The notes under the pieces were generated by a model, which saw nothing but the letters and a program-made list of their open reading frames with translations, was not told the origin of the DNA and made no database searches. Of a stretch of 64,000 bases of DNA, positions 55,302-63,671 are shown piece after piece. The position numbers and the translations under genes are program-made. Numbering within the stretch: position 1 is the stretch's first letter; every line of letters starts with the position of its first letter. This DNA comes from Betaproteobacteria bacterium. GTDB lineage: Bacteria; Pseudomonadota; Gammaproteobacteria; Burkholderiales; Ferrovaceae. The DNA is taken from NCBI GenBank assembly GCA_028866015.1, contig JAGWIW010000006.1, forward strand, positions 11,288-75,287, given 5' to 3'.

Positions 55302-56246
55302 TTACTTCAGAAGTCGCGCCAGGGTTTGGGCCAGGCGGTTCGGTTCGAACTTGGACACGTACTCGTCAACGCCCACGGCTTTGCCCAGCTGCTGGTTTGA
55401 GCTGCCCGACAGGGAAGAATGCATGACCACCGGAATGTTGGCGAAACGCTTGTCTTCCTTGATCTTGCGCGTGAGCATGTAGCCGTCCATTTCCGGCATT
55501 TCCACATCGGTCAGGATGACCTGGATCAGGTCCTTGAGCGGAACATGGGCAGAGTCGGCATAATCGGCCATTTTCTGCAGTTCCTGCCAGGCTTGCCGGC
55601 CATTGACCGCGGATACGCCCTTGACTTCCATGGCTTCCAGCGTGCGCTCGATCTGGCGGCGCGCCACGGAAGAATCATCCGCGTAGAACACACGCCGGTT
55701 GCTCAGACCCAGGGGCAGGACATTTTTGTAAATCATGTCGTCATCGCCCCCGTGAGCCGTTTCCGCCAGAACCTTTTCCACATCCAGCATCATGACAAGG
55801 CGGCCGTCCGCCAGTTCGGTCACTGCCGTCACCAGGCCGCCCATGTTGGCGTTCATCATGTCTGGCGGAACTTTCATGGAGGACCAGTCAAGGCGCAGGA
55901 TGGTGTCCACGGATTCCACCAGGAACCCCTGGGTATGTCCGTTGTATTCCGTGACGATCATGATTTCCGGGCGGGCGGCCACGTCAACACCGGCATACTT
56001 GGCCAGATCGATGATGGGCACCAGCATGCCGCGCAGGCTGACCATGCCTTCCACGGCAGGAGGCATGTCGGGCGCCTGCGTGATGGGGGGAACCCGGAGC
56101 ACTTCCCTGACCTTGAACACGTTGATGCCGAATGTTTCACGACGGCCCGTGCGCTGGTCCTGGCCCAAAGTGAACATGAGAATTTCAAGCTTGTTGGTTC
56201 CGGCAAGCTTTGTTCTGGCATCAACATTCGAAAGTAATTCAGACAT
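55302..56246 (-). CDS. cheV: CheV (CheW-like domain fused to a receiver domain), copy 2
   Basis: 314 aa with the same architecture as copy 1 ([11 protein letters not shown]...SLRGMLVPIIDL; FYADDSSVARR...LTDVEMPEMDG). By eye it is roughly half identical to copy 1. Confidence 0.88.
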   Translation of the reverse strand: MSELLSNVDARTKLAGTNKLEILMFTLGQDQRTGRRETFGINVFKVREVLRVPPITQAPDMPPAVEGMVSLRGMLVPIIDLAKYAGVDVAARPEIMIVTEYNGHTQGFLVESVDTILRLDWSSMKVPPDMMNANMGGLVTAVTELADGRLVMMLDVEKVLAETAHGGDDDMIYKNVLPLGLSNRRVFYADDSSVARRQIERTLEAMEVKGVSAVNGRQAWQELQKMADYADSAHVPLKDLIQVILTDVEMPEMDGYMLTRKIKEDKRFANIPVVMHSSLSGSSNQQLGKAVGVDEYVSKFEPNRLAQTLARLLK

Positions 56247-56288
56247 GGGCTTGCGCTCCGCTATACCTATTTCGCAGCAGTACCATTT

Positions 56289-56315
56289 GTTTCGGCCTGC
56301 GCGCCAGAAACTTTA
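56289..56315 (-). promoter_or_regulatory. sigma-28 (FliA)-type promoter upstream of cheV copy 2
   Basis: The minus strand reads TAAAGTTT-N11-GCCGAAAC. The -35 is perfect and the -10 matches GCCGATAA at 6 of 8 positions. The TAA of the -35 is the motB stop codon. Confidence 0.6.
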
Positions 56316-57308
56316 ATGGGGTGGGGTCGGGGGGGGTGTGGCGGGCTTTGCTGCGGGTGCGGCAGGTTCCGGCTTGGCTGCCCCGGGCTTTGCAGGCGGC
56401 TGGCCCGCCGGGTTTTCTACCTCCAGGGTCCCGCCATCGTGCCTGGCAGACTCTTCAGCCTGCTTGTTCATGACGATGATACTGATGCGCCGGTTGATCG
56501 GATCATAGGGATCGTTCTTGTTAAGCAACACGGCAGAGGACAGCCCCACCACGCGGGCAACCTTGTTGGGGTCCATGCCACCCACAATCAATTCGCGGCG
56601 GGAGGCGTTGGCCCGGTCTGCCGACAGGTCCCAGTTGTTGTAGCCCAGCTTGCCGCTGGCGTAGGTATGGGCATCGGTATGGCCGGAGAGACTGATCCGG
56701 TTGGGCACCTCGTTCAGCATCTTGCCGATTTCATGGAGGATGTCCCGGGTATAGGGTTCAAGCTGGGAACTGCCCAACTGGAACATGGGCCTGTTCTTCT
56801 CGTCGACAATCTGGATGCGCAACCCTTCGCTGGTGATGTCGAGCAGGATCTGGTTTTTGAATTTGGACAACTTGTCGCTGGACTCGATGGCCTTTTCGAT
56901 GTTGGCCTTGAGCGCCTTCAGCTTGTTCAGCTCCTTTTCACGCTCCTGACGCTGAAACTCTTCTTCGGCGGCCTTGAGGTTGATGATCCGCTTTTCCGTG
57001 GGCAGGTCTCCGCGCTTGACCTGGCCCTCGCTTCGGGTCAGGTCCTTGCCACCCCCCTTGATGACACTGGAACTGTCACCGCTGCCGGAACCGCCTGCCA
57101 GGGCAACTTTTAGAGGTGTTTTAAAGTAATCTTCGATGCCCTGCAGGTCCCCCTTTGTGGTTGAGCCCAGCAACCACATCAGCAGGAAGAAGGCCATCAT
57201 GGCCGTCACGAAATCGGCATAGGCAATTTTCCATGCGCCGCCATGGTGGCCGCCCACGATTTTTTTGATGCGTTTGATGACGATGGGTCTTTTATCGTCA
57301 TTGGCCAT
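56313..57308 (-). CDS. motB: flagellar stator protein MotB
   Basis: 331 aa. It has a TM anchor with the conserved Asp context (WKIAYADFVTAMMAFFLLMWL), an OmpA-like domain (SGHTD...NRRISI) and a Pro/Ala-rich C-terminal tail. Confidence 0.92.
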   Translation of the reverse strand: MANDDKRPIVIKRIKKIVGGHHGGAWKIAYADFVTAMMAFFLLMWLLGSTTKGDLQGIEDYFKTPLKVALAGGSGSGDSSSVIKGGGKDLTRSEGQVKRGDLPTEKRIINLKAAEEEFQRQEREKELNKLKALKANIEKAIESSDKLSKFKNQILLDITSEGLRIQIVDEKNRPMFQLGSSQLEPYTRDILHEIGKMLNEVPNRISLSGHTDAHTYASGKLGYNNWDLSADRANASRRELIVGGMDPNKVARVVGLSSAVLLNKNDPYDPINRRISIIVMNKQAEESARHDGGTLEVENPAGQPPAKPGAAKPEPAAPAAKPATPPPTPPH

Positions 57309-57331
57309 GGCAGCGTGCCCTCAGGTACAAC

Positions 57332-58186
57332 TTAGCGTTTTTGTTTGACGTGTTCTTCCAGCTCGCTGAACCCCGGGCGTTCTGTGGAATTGAGGGCTTT
57401 TCGCCCGAATTCAACGGCCATGGCCGGGGCATAGCCGTTCAGGCTGGCCAGCAAGGTGACTTTGATGGTCTGGAACATTTTTGAGGATTCCTCGGCCTTT
57501 TGTTCGAGCAGGCTGCCCAGCGGGCCGACAAAACCGTAGGCCAGAAGAATCCCCAGGAAGGTGCCCACCAGGGCGTGCGCGATCATGATGCCCAATTCGG
57601 CTGGCGGGGCCCCCACCGACTCCATGGTGTGGACCACTCCCATGACCGCAGCCACGATCCCGAAGGCCGGCAGGCCTTCCCCAACCTTGGTCAGCACATG
57701 GGCCGGGATCAGCGATTCGTGATGATGGGTTTCAATTTCCACATCCATCAGGTTTTCGATTTCCATGGCGTTGAGGTTGCCGCTGACCATGATGCGCAGA
57801 TAATCTGTCATGAATTCAACCACATGGTGGTCGGCCGTGATTTTGGGGTACTTGGAAAAGATGGGGCTTTCCGCTGGGCGTTCCACATCCCCTTCAATGG
57901 ACATCAACCCTTCCTTGCGCATTTTCCCCAGCAATTCGTAGAGCAGGGCCATCAGTTCCATGTAGCTGGCCTTGGTGTATTTCGATCCCTTGAATACGGT
58001 CGGGATGGCCTTGAGGGAGGCCTTGACCGCCTTGGATGAGTTGCCCACAAAAAAGGCACCGGCTGCTCCGCCACCGATCATCATTAGTTCCAAAGGCTGG
58101 AAAAGAGCGCCCAAATGGGCCCCGGACAGGGCAAACCCGCCGAAAACCCCGGCGACGACAACCAGATATCCCACGATGACCAGCAT
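57332..58186 (-). CDS. motA: flagellar stator protein MotA
   Basis: Trimmed to the ATG at 58186 (MLVIVGYLVVVAGVFGG...), collinear with E. coli MotA. Contains LPAFGIVAAVMGVVH and HALVGTFLGILLAYGF. Confidence 0.92.
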   Translation of the reverse strand: MLVIVGYLVVVAGVFGGFALSGAHLGALFQPLELMMIGGGAAGAFFVGNSSKAVKASLKAIPTVFKGSKYTKASYMELMALLYELLGKMRKEGLMSIEGDVERPAESPIFSKYPKITADHHVVEFMTDYLRIMVSGNLNAMEIENLMDVEIETHHHESLIPAHVLTKVGEGLPAFGIVAAVMGVVHTMESVGAPPAELGIMIAHALVGTFLGILLAYGFVGPLGSLLEQKAEESSKMFQTIKVTLLASLNGYAPAMAVEFGRKALNSTERPGFSELEEHVKQKR

Positions 58187-58272
58187 GGCCAAACCCCGTC
58201 GTTTGAAAGAATGAAAACGCCAAAACGCTATTCAAGCACAAAATTGGACGCATCTATGCGCCCTCGGGGATA

Positions 58273-58299
58273 TTAGCGGCGAAAAAAGGGGAAACTTTA
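58273..58299 (-). promoter_or_regulatory. sigma-28 (FliA)-type promoter upstream of motA
   Basis: The minus strand reads TAAAGTTT-N11-GCCGCTAA. The -35 is perfect and the -10 matches at 7 of 8 positions. It lies 15 nt after the flhC stop and about 80 nt before motA. Confidence 0.72.
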
Positions 58300-58313
58300 A
58301 GCGGATTTCACGC

Positions 58314-58871
58314 TTAGAGCGCAGCCCGGGAAAGGCTGGTCTTGCGTGTCTTGCCTGCGCGGGACGGGGGACGGCAGATGCCGCAGATGAATTCGTCGTA
58401 AAGGTCCTGGCCGTGGATGACAAAGTGGCCGCCACAGCTGGTGCAGGGCTTGAGCTGGAGCATGCTGGCGTCCAGAAAGCGGATCAGAAACCAGGCTCGC
58501 GTGATGCTCAGGACGGCTTCTTCGCCGCTGACGGCAATCTGCTCGAGGTAGAGCCGGTAGCTTTTTATCAGGCGTTCAAGACGGGGCAACGAGGCATTTT
58601 TTTCCAGGTACTGGTAAATGCCCATGAACAGGGAGGAATGGATATTGGGCTGCCAGGTCATGAACCAGTCAGTGGAATAGGGGAGCATGCCTTTGGAAGG
58701 AGACTTTCCGGTGACCTCCTTGAACAGCTTGAGCAGGCGCTCCCTGCTGAGCGAGGTTTCTTCCTGCAACAGCTGAAGCCTTGCCCCCAGTTCGATCATA
58801 TCCACGGCGCTTCGGATTTGTTGCGCTTCGGCAATCACGCTTTTTTTGGTGGGAGGCGCCTTCATGGACAT
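58314..58871 (-). CDS. flhC: flagellar master regulator subunit FlhC
   Basis: Trimmed to the ATG at 58871, giving 185 aa. Contains SVIAEAQQIRSAVDMIELGARLQLLQ and the Zn-site cysteines CTSCGGHF...CGIC. Confidence 0.88.
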   Translation of the reverse strand: MSMKAPPTKKSVIAEAQQIRSAVDMIELGARLQLLQEETSLSRERLLKLFKEVTGKSPSKGMLPYSTDWFMTWQPNIHSSLFMGIYQYLEKNASLPRLERLIKSYRLYLEQIAVSGEEAVLSITRAWFLIRFLDASMLQLKPCTSCGGHFVIHGQDLYDEFICGICRPPSRAGKTRKTSLSRAAL

Positions 58872-58878
58872 TCTGCCA

Positions 58879-59199
58879 TCAGATGTCGAGCTGGGCAGCC
58901 GGCTGACCGGACATGAGGATGGCCGCATGAGGCTGGGCCATCAGGCGATCCTTGCTGTAGTCGGTGATCAGGTTGAACAGCAGGTTTTCGTCGAACCGGA
59001 AACGGCACACCAGCATGTTGGAAGCGGCCATTTTAATCACTTGTGCCGGCGTCAGGTTGGCGATCAGGTCAGCCATCTCTTCGCTGATGCCCAGCCGGAA
59101 AATGGCGGAAGCCATGTCCTGGTTGATCATGTTTTGCGCCAGCATGAGGTAGGACAGGTTTGTTTCTTTTATTTCTTCGTGTAGTTGAGCGGAATTCAC
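58879..59199 (-). CDS. flhD: flagellar master regulator subunit FlhD
   Basis: Trimmed to the GTG at 59199 (AAGGGGGG upstream), giving 106 aa. Contains NLSYLMLAQNMINQDMASAIFRLGISEEMADLIANLTPAQVIKMA. The upstream part of the track ORF has no FlhD-like sequence. Confidence 0.85.
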   Translation of the reverse strand: MNSAQLHEEIKETNLSYLMLAQNMINQDMASAIFRLGISEEMADLIANLTPAQVIKMAASNMLVCRFRFDENLLFNLITDYSKDRLMAQPHAAILMSGQPAAQLDI

Positions 59200-59416
59200 G
59201 GCGGACCCCCCTTGCTTGTTCAAGCCATACGTCTCCGTCAGACACATTGTGCGGAGGGGGGGCATAAAAGGAAACAGGAAAAAGCCTGCATTCCCTGTAG
59301 GAAAATGGCCTACATAGGGACGACCAAAAGCAGTTTTTTCAGGAATCCCGGAAAAAACTGTCAAAAAAAGCTATAATTTTCAAACGGATAGTCTTTCGTC
59401 TACCCTCTTGTAACAG

Positions 59417-59443
59417 TTATCGGCATCACCGAAAAAAACTTTA
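59417..59443 (-). promoter_or_regulatory. sigma-28 (FliA) consensus promoter pointing at flhDC
   Basis: The minus strand reads TAAAGTTT-TTTTCGGTGAT-GCCGATAA, an exact match to TAAAGTTT-N11-GCCGATAA. It lies about 210 nt upstream of the flhD start. Confidence 0.7.
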
Positions 59444-59446
59444 GGA

Positions 59447-59474
59447 TTTTTTTTAATTTTTTTTGATTTTTTTT
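59447..59474. repeat. three phased T8 (A8) tracts with 10-bp periodicity
   Basis: The plus strand reads T8-AA-T8-GA-T8. This sits 3 bp upstream of the -35 of the flhDC-directed promoter and 24 nt upstream of the cheR ATG. Confidence 0.9.
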
Positions 59475-59498
59475 GGGGATGGGTCAATATTGGGCACC

Positions 59499-60371
59499 AT
59501 GTCCGAGCGAGAACCCCATTCCGAACCGTTGTCAGACCGTGAATTTAACTTCACAATCAATGACTTCGATCGTATCCGGCAGCTCATCAGAGCGCATGCG
59601 GGAATATTTCTGGGGGAAAGCAAGTTCGATCTGGTCTATGGTCGCCTTGCCAGACGCCTGCGCGCCACCGGCATCAGAAAGTTCTCCGACTACCTCAAGC
59701 TGCTGGAGGGAGGGGACCAGCGCGAATGGCAAGCCTTCACCAACGCACTGACCACCAACCACACGGCATTTTTTCGTGAGCCTCATCATTTTGAGCTGCT
59801 CTCCGAGCAACTGCGCGGGATCAAGGGCCGGAACCCGATCGTTTTGTGGTGCAGCGCTGCATCCAGCGGCGAAGAGGCCTACAGCATGGCCATCACGACC
59901 GTGGAAGCCTTTGGTTCATGGTCTCCCGGCGTGAACATCATCGCCTCGGACATCGACACAGAGGTGCTGGAAACGGCCAAACGGGGAATCTATCCCGCGG
60001 AGCGGGTCAGCCGGATCGAGCCTGAACGCCTGGAACGGTACTTCACCAAAGCCACAGGGCCCAATGGGCCGCAAGTTCAGGTGAAAGAGGAGATCCGCAG
60101 GCTGGTGTCGTTCCGCCAGATCAATCTGCTGCAGCCCCACTGGCCCATACGTGCGCCCCTGGATGCCATATTTTGCCGGAACGTCATGATCTACTTCGAC
60201 CGGGAAACCCAACTGCAGGTGCTTCAGCGTTTCGCCCCCCTGCTGCACCGGGACGGGTTGCTCTATGCGGGACACTCCGAAAGGTTCAGCCAGGCCGAAG
60301 CCTATTTCCGGCTGCGCGGCAAGACCGTATACGAACTGGCCCCCGCCTTGCGCCAGGGAATAACCACCTAA
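59499..60371 (+). CDS. cheR: chemotaxis protein methyltransferase CheR
   Basis: Trimmed to the ATG at 59499, giving 290 aa. Contains TTNHTAFFREPHHF, WCSAASSGEEAYSMA and IFCRNVMIYFD. Confidence 0.9.
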   Translation: MSEREPHSEPLSDREFNFTINDFDRIRQLIRAHAGIFLGESKFDLVYGRLARRLRATGIRKFSDYLKLLEGGDQREWQAFTNALTTNHTAFFREPHHFELLSEQLRGIKGRNPIVLWCSAASSGEEAYSMAITTVEAFGSWSPGVNIIASDIDTEVLETAKRGIYPAERVSRIEPERLERYFTKATGPNGPQVQVKEEIRRLVSFRQINLLQPHWPIRAPLDAIFCRNVMIYFDRETQLQVLQRFAPLLHRDGLLYAGHSERFSQAEAYFRLRGKTVYELAPALRQGITT

Positions 60372-60441
60372 ATCCGGTGCTTATCACGGGATTGAGCACC
60401 GGGCCCACCCGGAATAATGGCCATGAGAAACGGAAAGGCTC

Positions 60442-61584
60442 ATGGCAGAAGACAGCGATCTTGAAAAAACGGAACAACCTTCGCAGCGGCGCCTCGACCA
60501 GGCCCGCGAAGAAGGCCAGGTTGCCCGCTCGCGCGAGCTATCCACTTTTGCCGTCCTGATGGCCGGCGGCGCCGGAGTCTGGTTCATGGGCGCCCACCTG
60601 TCGCGAAACCTGCTCCATCTGCTGCAGGAGGGGCTGACCTGGACCCCGGCTGATGCCTTCCAGAGCGACCTGCTGCTGCCGCGGCTCTACAAACTGACCT
60701 CCGAGGCGTTGCTGACCTTTCTGCCGCTGATGGCCGTGCTGCTGGTGGCCGCGGTTTTTTCCCCATTGCTGCTCAATGGCTGGATGCTGAGCTTCAAGGC
60801 CCTGCAGCCGAATCTGGAGCGCCTCGACCCGATTGCTGGCATGAAGCGGCTGTTTTCGCTGCACGGCTGGGTGGAGCTTGGAAAAAGCATCGCGAAAGCC
60901 CTGGTGGTCGGCACGGCCGGCGCCTGGGCCATCTGGCATCACAAGGATGCCATGCTGGGACTGGCGGCCCAGCCCGTGAACGTGGCCGCTGCCCAGATGG
61001 GGCAACTGCTGTGGGATGGTTTCTTTGCCATCATGGGCGGCATGCTGCTGATCGTGGCGGTGGATGTGCCGTTCCAGCTGTGGGAGCATGCCAAGCGGCT
61101 GCGGATGACGCGCGAGGAAGTGCGCCAGGAATCCAAGGAAACGGAAGGCGATCCCCAGGTCAGGGCACGCATTCGCAGCATGCAGCGTGAAATGGCACGG
61201 CGCCGCATGATGTCCAAAGTGCAAACGGCGGACGTGGTAGTGACCAACCCGACCCATTATGCCGTGGCGTTGCGATACCGCGAACAAAGCATGCGTGCAC
61301 CCATCGTGGTGGCCAAGGGCTCCCACCTGCTGGCGGCGCGCATCCGCGAGCTGGCGGAATTGCACCATGTGCCTATCCTGGAAGCGCCGCCCCTGGCGCG
61401 GGCGCTCTACAAGCACACCGACCTGGAGCAGACCATCCCCGAGCCGCTGTATGTGGCGGTGGCCGAAGTGCTGGCCTATGCCTACCAGCTGCGACGTTAC
61501 GAAGTGGGCGGCGGAGTACAGCCCGTGGCGCCGCAGAATCTGGACGTTCCCGTCGAACTGGACCCTGAAGCTTCGCTGCACTGA
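60442..61584 (+). CDS. flhB: flagellar type III export protein FlhB
   Basis: 380 aa. Contains EKTEQPSQRRLDQAREEGQVARSRE and the autocleavage motif VVTNPTHYAVAL. Confidence 0.93.
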   Translation: MAEDSDLEKTEQPSQRRLDQAREEGQVARSRELSTFAVLMAGGAGVWFMGAHLSRNLLHLLQEGLTWTPADAFQSDLLLPRLYKLTSEALLTFLPLMAVLLVAAVFSPLLLNGWMLSFKALQPNLERLDPIAGMKRLFSLHGWVELGKSIAKALVVGTAGAWAIWHHKDAMLGLAAQPVNVAAAQMGQLLWDGFFAIMGGMLLIVAVDVPFQLWEHAKRLRMTREEVRQESKETEGDPQVRARIRSMQREMARRRMMSKVQTADVVVTNPTHYAVALRYREQSMRAPIVVAKGSHLLAARIRELAELHHVPILEAPPLARALYKHTDLEQTIPEPLYVAVAEVLAYAYQLRRYEVGGGVQPVAPQNLDVPVELDPEASLH

Positions 61585-61586
61585 CC

Positions 61587-63671
61587 ATGAACCTGCTGAA
61601 CGCCATTCTGGAATTTCTCAAAAAATCAGGCATTCGCGGACTGGCCGGCCCGGTCCTGATCATCCTGGTGCTGGCCATGATGGTGCTGCCCCTGCCGCCC
61701 TTCCTGCTGGACATCCTGTTCACGTTCAACATCGCAGTGGCCATCATGGTGCTGCTGGTGAGCATGAATACCCTCAGGCCCCTGGATTTCTCCGCGTTTC
61801 CAACCGTGCTGCTGATCACCACGCTGCTGCGCCTGTCGCTCAACGTGGCTTCCACCCGAGTGGTGCTGCTGGAAGGGCATACGGGGCCTGATGCGGCTGG
61901 GAAAGTGATCGAAGCCTTCGGCCATTTCCTGGTGGGCGGAAACTACGCTGTGGGCATTGTGGTGTTCATGATCCTTGTGGTGATCAACTTCGTGGTGATC
62001 ACCAAAGGTGCTGGCCGCATTGCCGAAGTGGGTGCGCGCTTCACCCTGGATGCCATGCCCGGCAAGCAGATGGCCATCGACGCCGACCTCAACGCCGGCC
62101 TCATCGGTGAGGACGAAGCGCGCCGGCGGCGCAGCATGATCGCCCAGGAAGCCGACTTCTACGGGTCCATGGACGGTGCGAGCAAATTCGTGCGCGGCGA
62201 TGCGGTGGCGGGCATCGTGATTCTCCTGATCAACATCGTGGGCGGATTCATCGTGGGGGTGCTGCAGCACAACCTGGACATTGCCACTGCCGCCAAAAAT
62301 TACACGCTGCTGACCATCGGGGATGGCCTGGTGGCCCAGATTCCTGCCCTGGTGATTTCCACGGCGGCCGGCGTGGTAGTGAGCCGGGTCACCACGGAAG
62401 AAAACATCGGCCAGCAACTGGTGGGGCAGATATTCAGCCAGCCGTTGGTGCTGATGCTGACCTCCGGCATCGTGGGTGCACTGGGACTGGTTCCCGGCAT
62501 GCCCCATGTGGCGTTCCTGTTTTTTGCCTTGCTGCTGGGTGGCGGGGGGTACTGGCAGCTGCAGCGCAAACGCATCAGCGAAGCGGCCCCTGAAGTGGCC
62601 GTGGCGGCGCCGACCTCGCTCGAGCCGCCGGAAGCCAGCTGGGATGATGTGTCGCAAGTGGATGTGCTGGGACTTGAAGTGGGATACCGCCTCATCTCCC
62701 TGGTGGACAAGGCACAGGACGGAGACCTGCTGCGCCGGATCAAGGGCATCCGGAAGAAATTTGCCCAGGAAATCGGATTCCTGCCGCCCTCCATTCACAT
62801 TCGCGACAACCTCGATCTCAAGCCCAATGGCTATCGCATCACCCTCAAGGGGGCCGAAATCGGATCGGGCGAAGCCAACAGTGGCATGTTCCTGGCCATC
62901 AATCCGGGCAATGTGAGCGGACAGCTTCAGGGTACGCCCACCCAGGACCCGGCCTTCGGCCTTCCCGCCGTGTGGATCGATGCGGCCGTGCGCGACCATG
63001 CACAGGCGCTGGGCTACACCGTGGTGGATGTGAGCACCGTGATTGCCACGCACCTGAGCCATCTCATCAATACCCATGCGGCCGAATTGCTGGGCCTGCA
63101 GGAGCTGCAGCAATTGCTGGAGCATGTTGGAAAGCATGCACCCAAGCTGACCGAAGACCTGGTGCCCAAGCTGCTGCCCCTGGCGACCGTGCAGAAAGTG
63201 CTGCAAAGCCTGCTGGATGAAGGGATGCATATCCGTGACATGCGCACCATCCTGGAAACGCTGGCCAAGCAGGCGGGACAGACGCAGGACCCCTTTGCCC
63301 TTACAGCCCAGGTGCGCATTGCATTGGGGCCGGCCATCGTACAGCAACTCTATCCGGCGTCGCAGGAGCTCCAGGTCATCGCCATGGACAAGGAGCTGGA
63401 ATACCTGCTGGTGCAGGCCCTGCAGGCCGGCGGCACAAGCCAGGCCATCGAGCCGGGTCTGGCCGATACCCTGCTGCGCGAAACCCGCGCCGCAGCCGAA
63501 AAACAGGAACGGTTGGGATTACCCACCGTGCTGCTGGTTCCCGCACAGATTCGCGACCTGCTGGCGCGTTTCCTGAAGCGGGCGCTGCCGCAGCTCAAAG
63601 TGATTTCGCATGATGAAGTGCCGGGCTTCAAGACAATCCGGGTGACATCCATGGTTGGAGGTAGGGCATGA
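61587..63671 (+). CDS. flhA: flagellar type III export protein FlhA
   Basis: 694 aa. Contains ITKGAGRIAEVGARFTLDAMPGKQMAIDADL and FVRGDAVAGI. Confidence 0.94.
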   Translation: MNLLNAILEFLKKSGIRGLAGPVLIILVLAMMVLPLPPFLLDILFTFNIAVAIMVLLVSMNTLRPLDFSAFPTVLLITTLLRLSLNVASTRVVLLEGHTGPDAAGKVIEAFGHFLVGGNYAVGIVVFMILVVINFVVITKGAGRIAEVGARFTLDAMPGKQMAIDADLNAGLIGEDEARRRRSMIAQEADFYGSMDGASKFVRGDAVAGIVILLINIVGGFIVGVLQHNLDIATAAKNYTLLTIGDGLVAQIPALVISTAAGVVVSRVTTEENIGQQLVGQIFSQPLVLMLTSGIVGALGLVPGMPHVAFLFFALLLGGGGYWQLQRKRISEAAPEVAVAAPTSLEPPEASWDDVSQVDVLGLEVGYRLISLVDKAQDGDLLRRIKGIRKKFAQEIGFLPPSIHIRDNLDLKPNGYRITLKGAEIGSGEANSGMFLAINPGNVSGQLQGTPTQDPAFGLPAVWIDAAVRDHAQALGYTVVDVSTVIATHLSHLINTHAAELLGLQELQQLLEHVGKHAPKLTEDLVPKLLPLATVQKVLQSLLDEGMHIRDMRTILETLAKQAGQTQDPFALTAQVRIALGPAIVQQLYPASQELQVIAMDKELEYLLVQALQAGGTSQAIEPGLADTLLRETRAAAEKQERLGLPTVLLVPAQIRDLLARFLKRALPQLKVISHDEVPGFKTIRVTSMVGGRA

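Noticed and set aside
61626-63347. Very long ORFs antisense to real genes. Examples are 61626..63347 (573 aa, opposite flhA), 39782..41185 (467 aa, opposite ilvA), 48887..50293 (opposite the porin), 7448..8719 (opposite mrcA), 17440..18852, and 254..1222 and 1883..2899 (opposite gltB).
   Set aside because: Their translations are Arg/Gly/His/Pro-rich low-complexity strings with no recognisable motifs. Each lies exactly opposite a gene with strong family signatures. This is the usual stop-codon-poor shadow frame of high-GC DNA.
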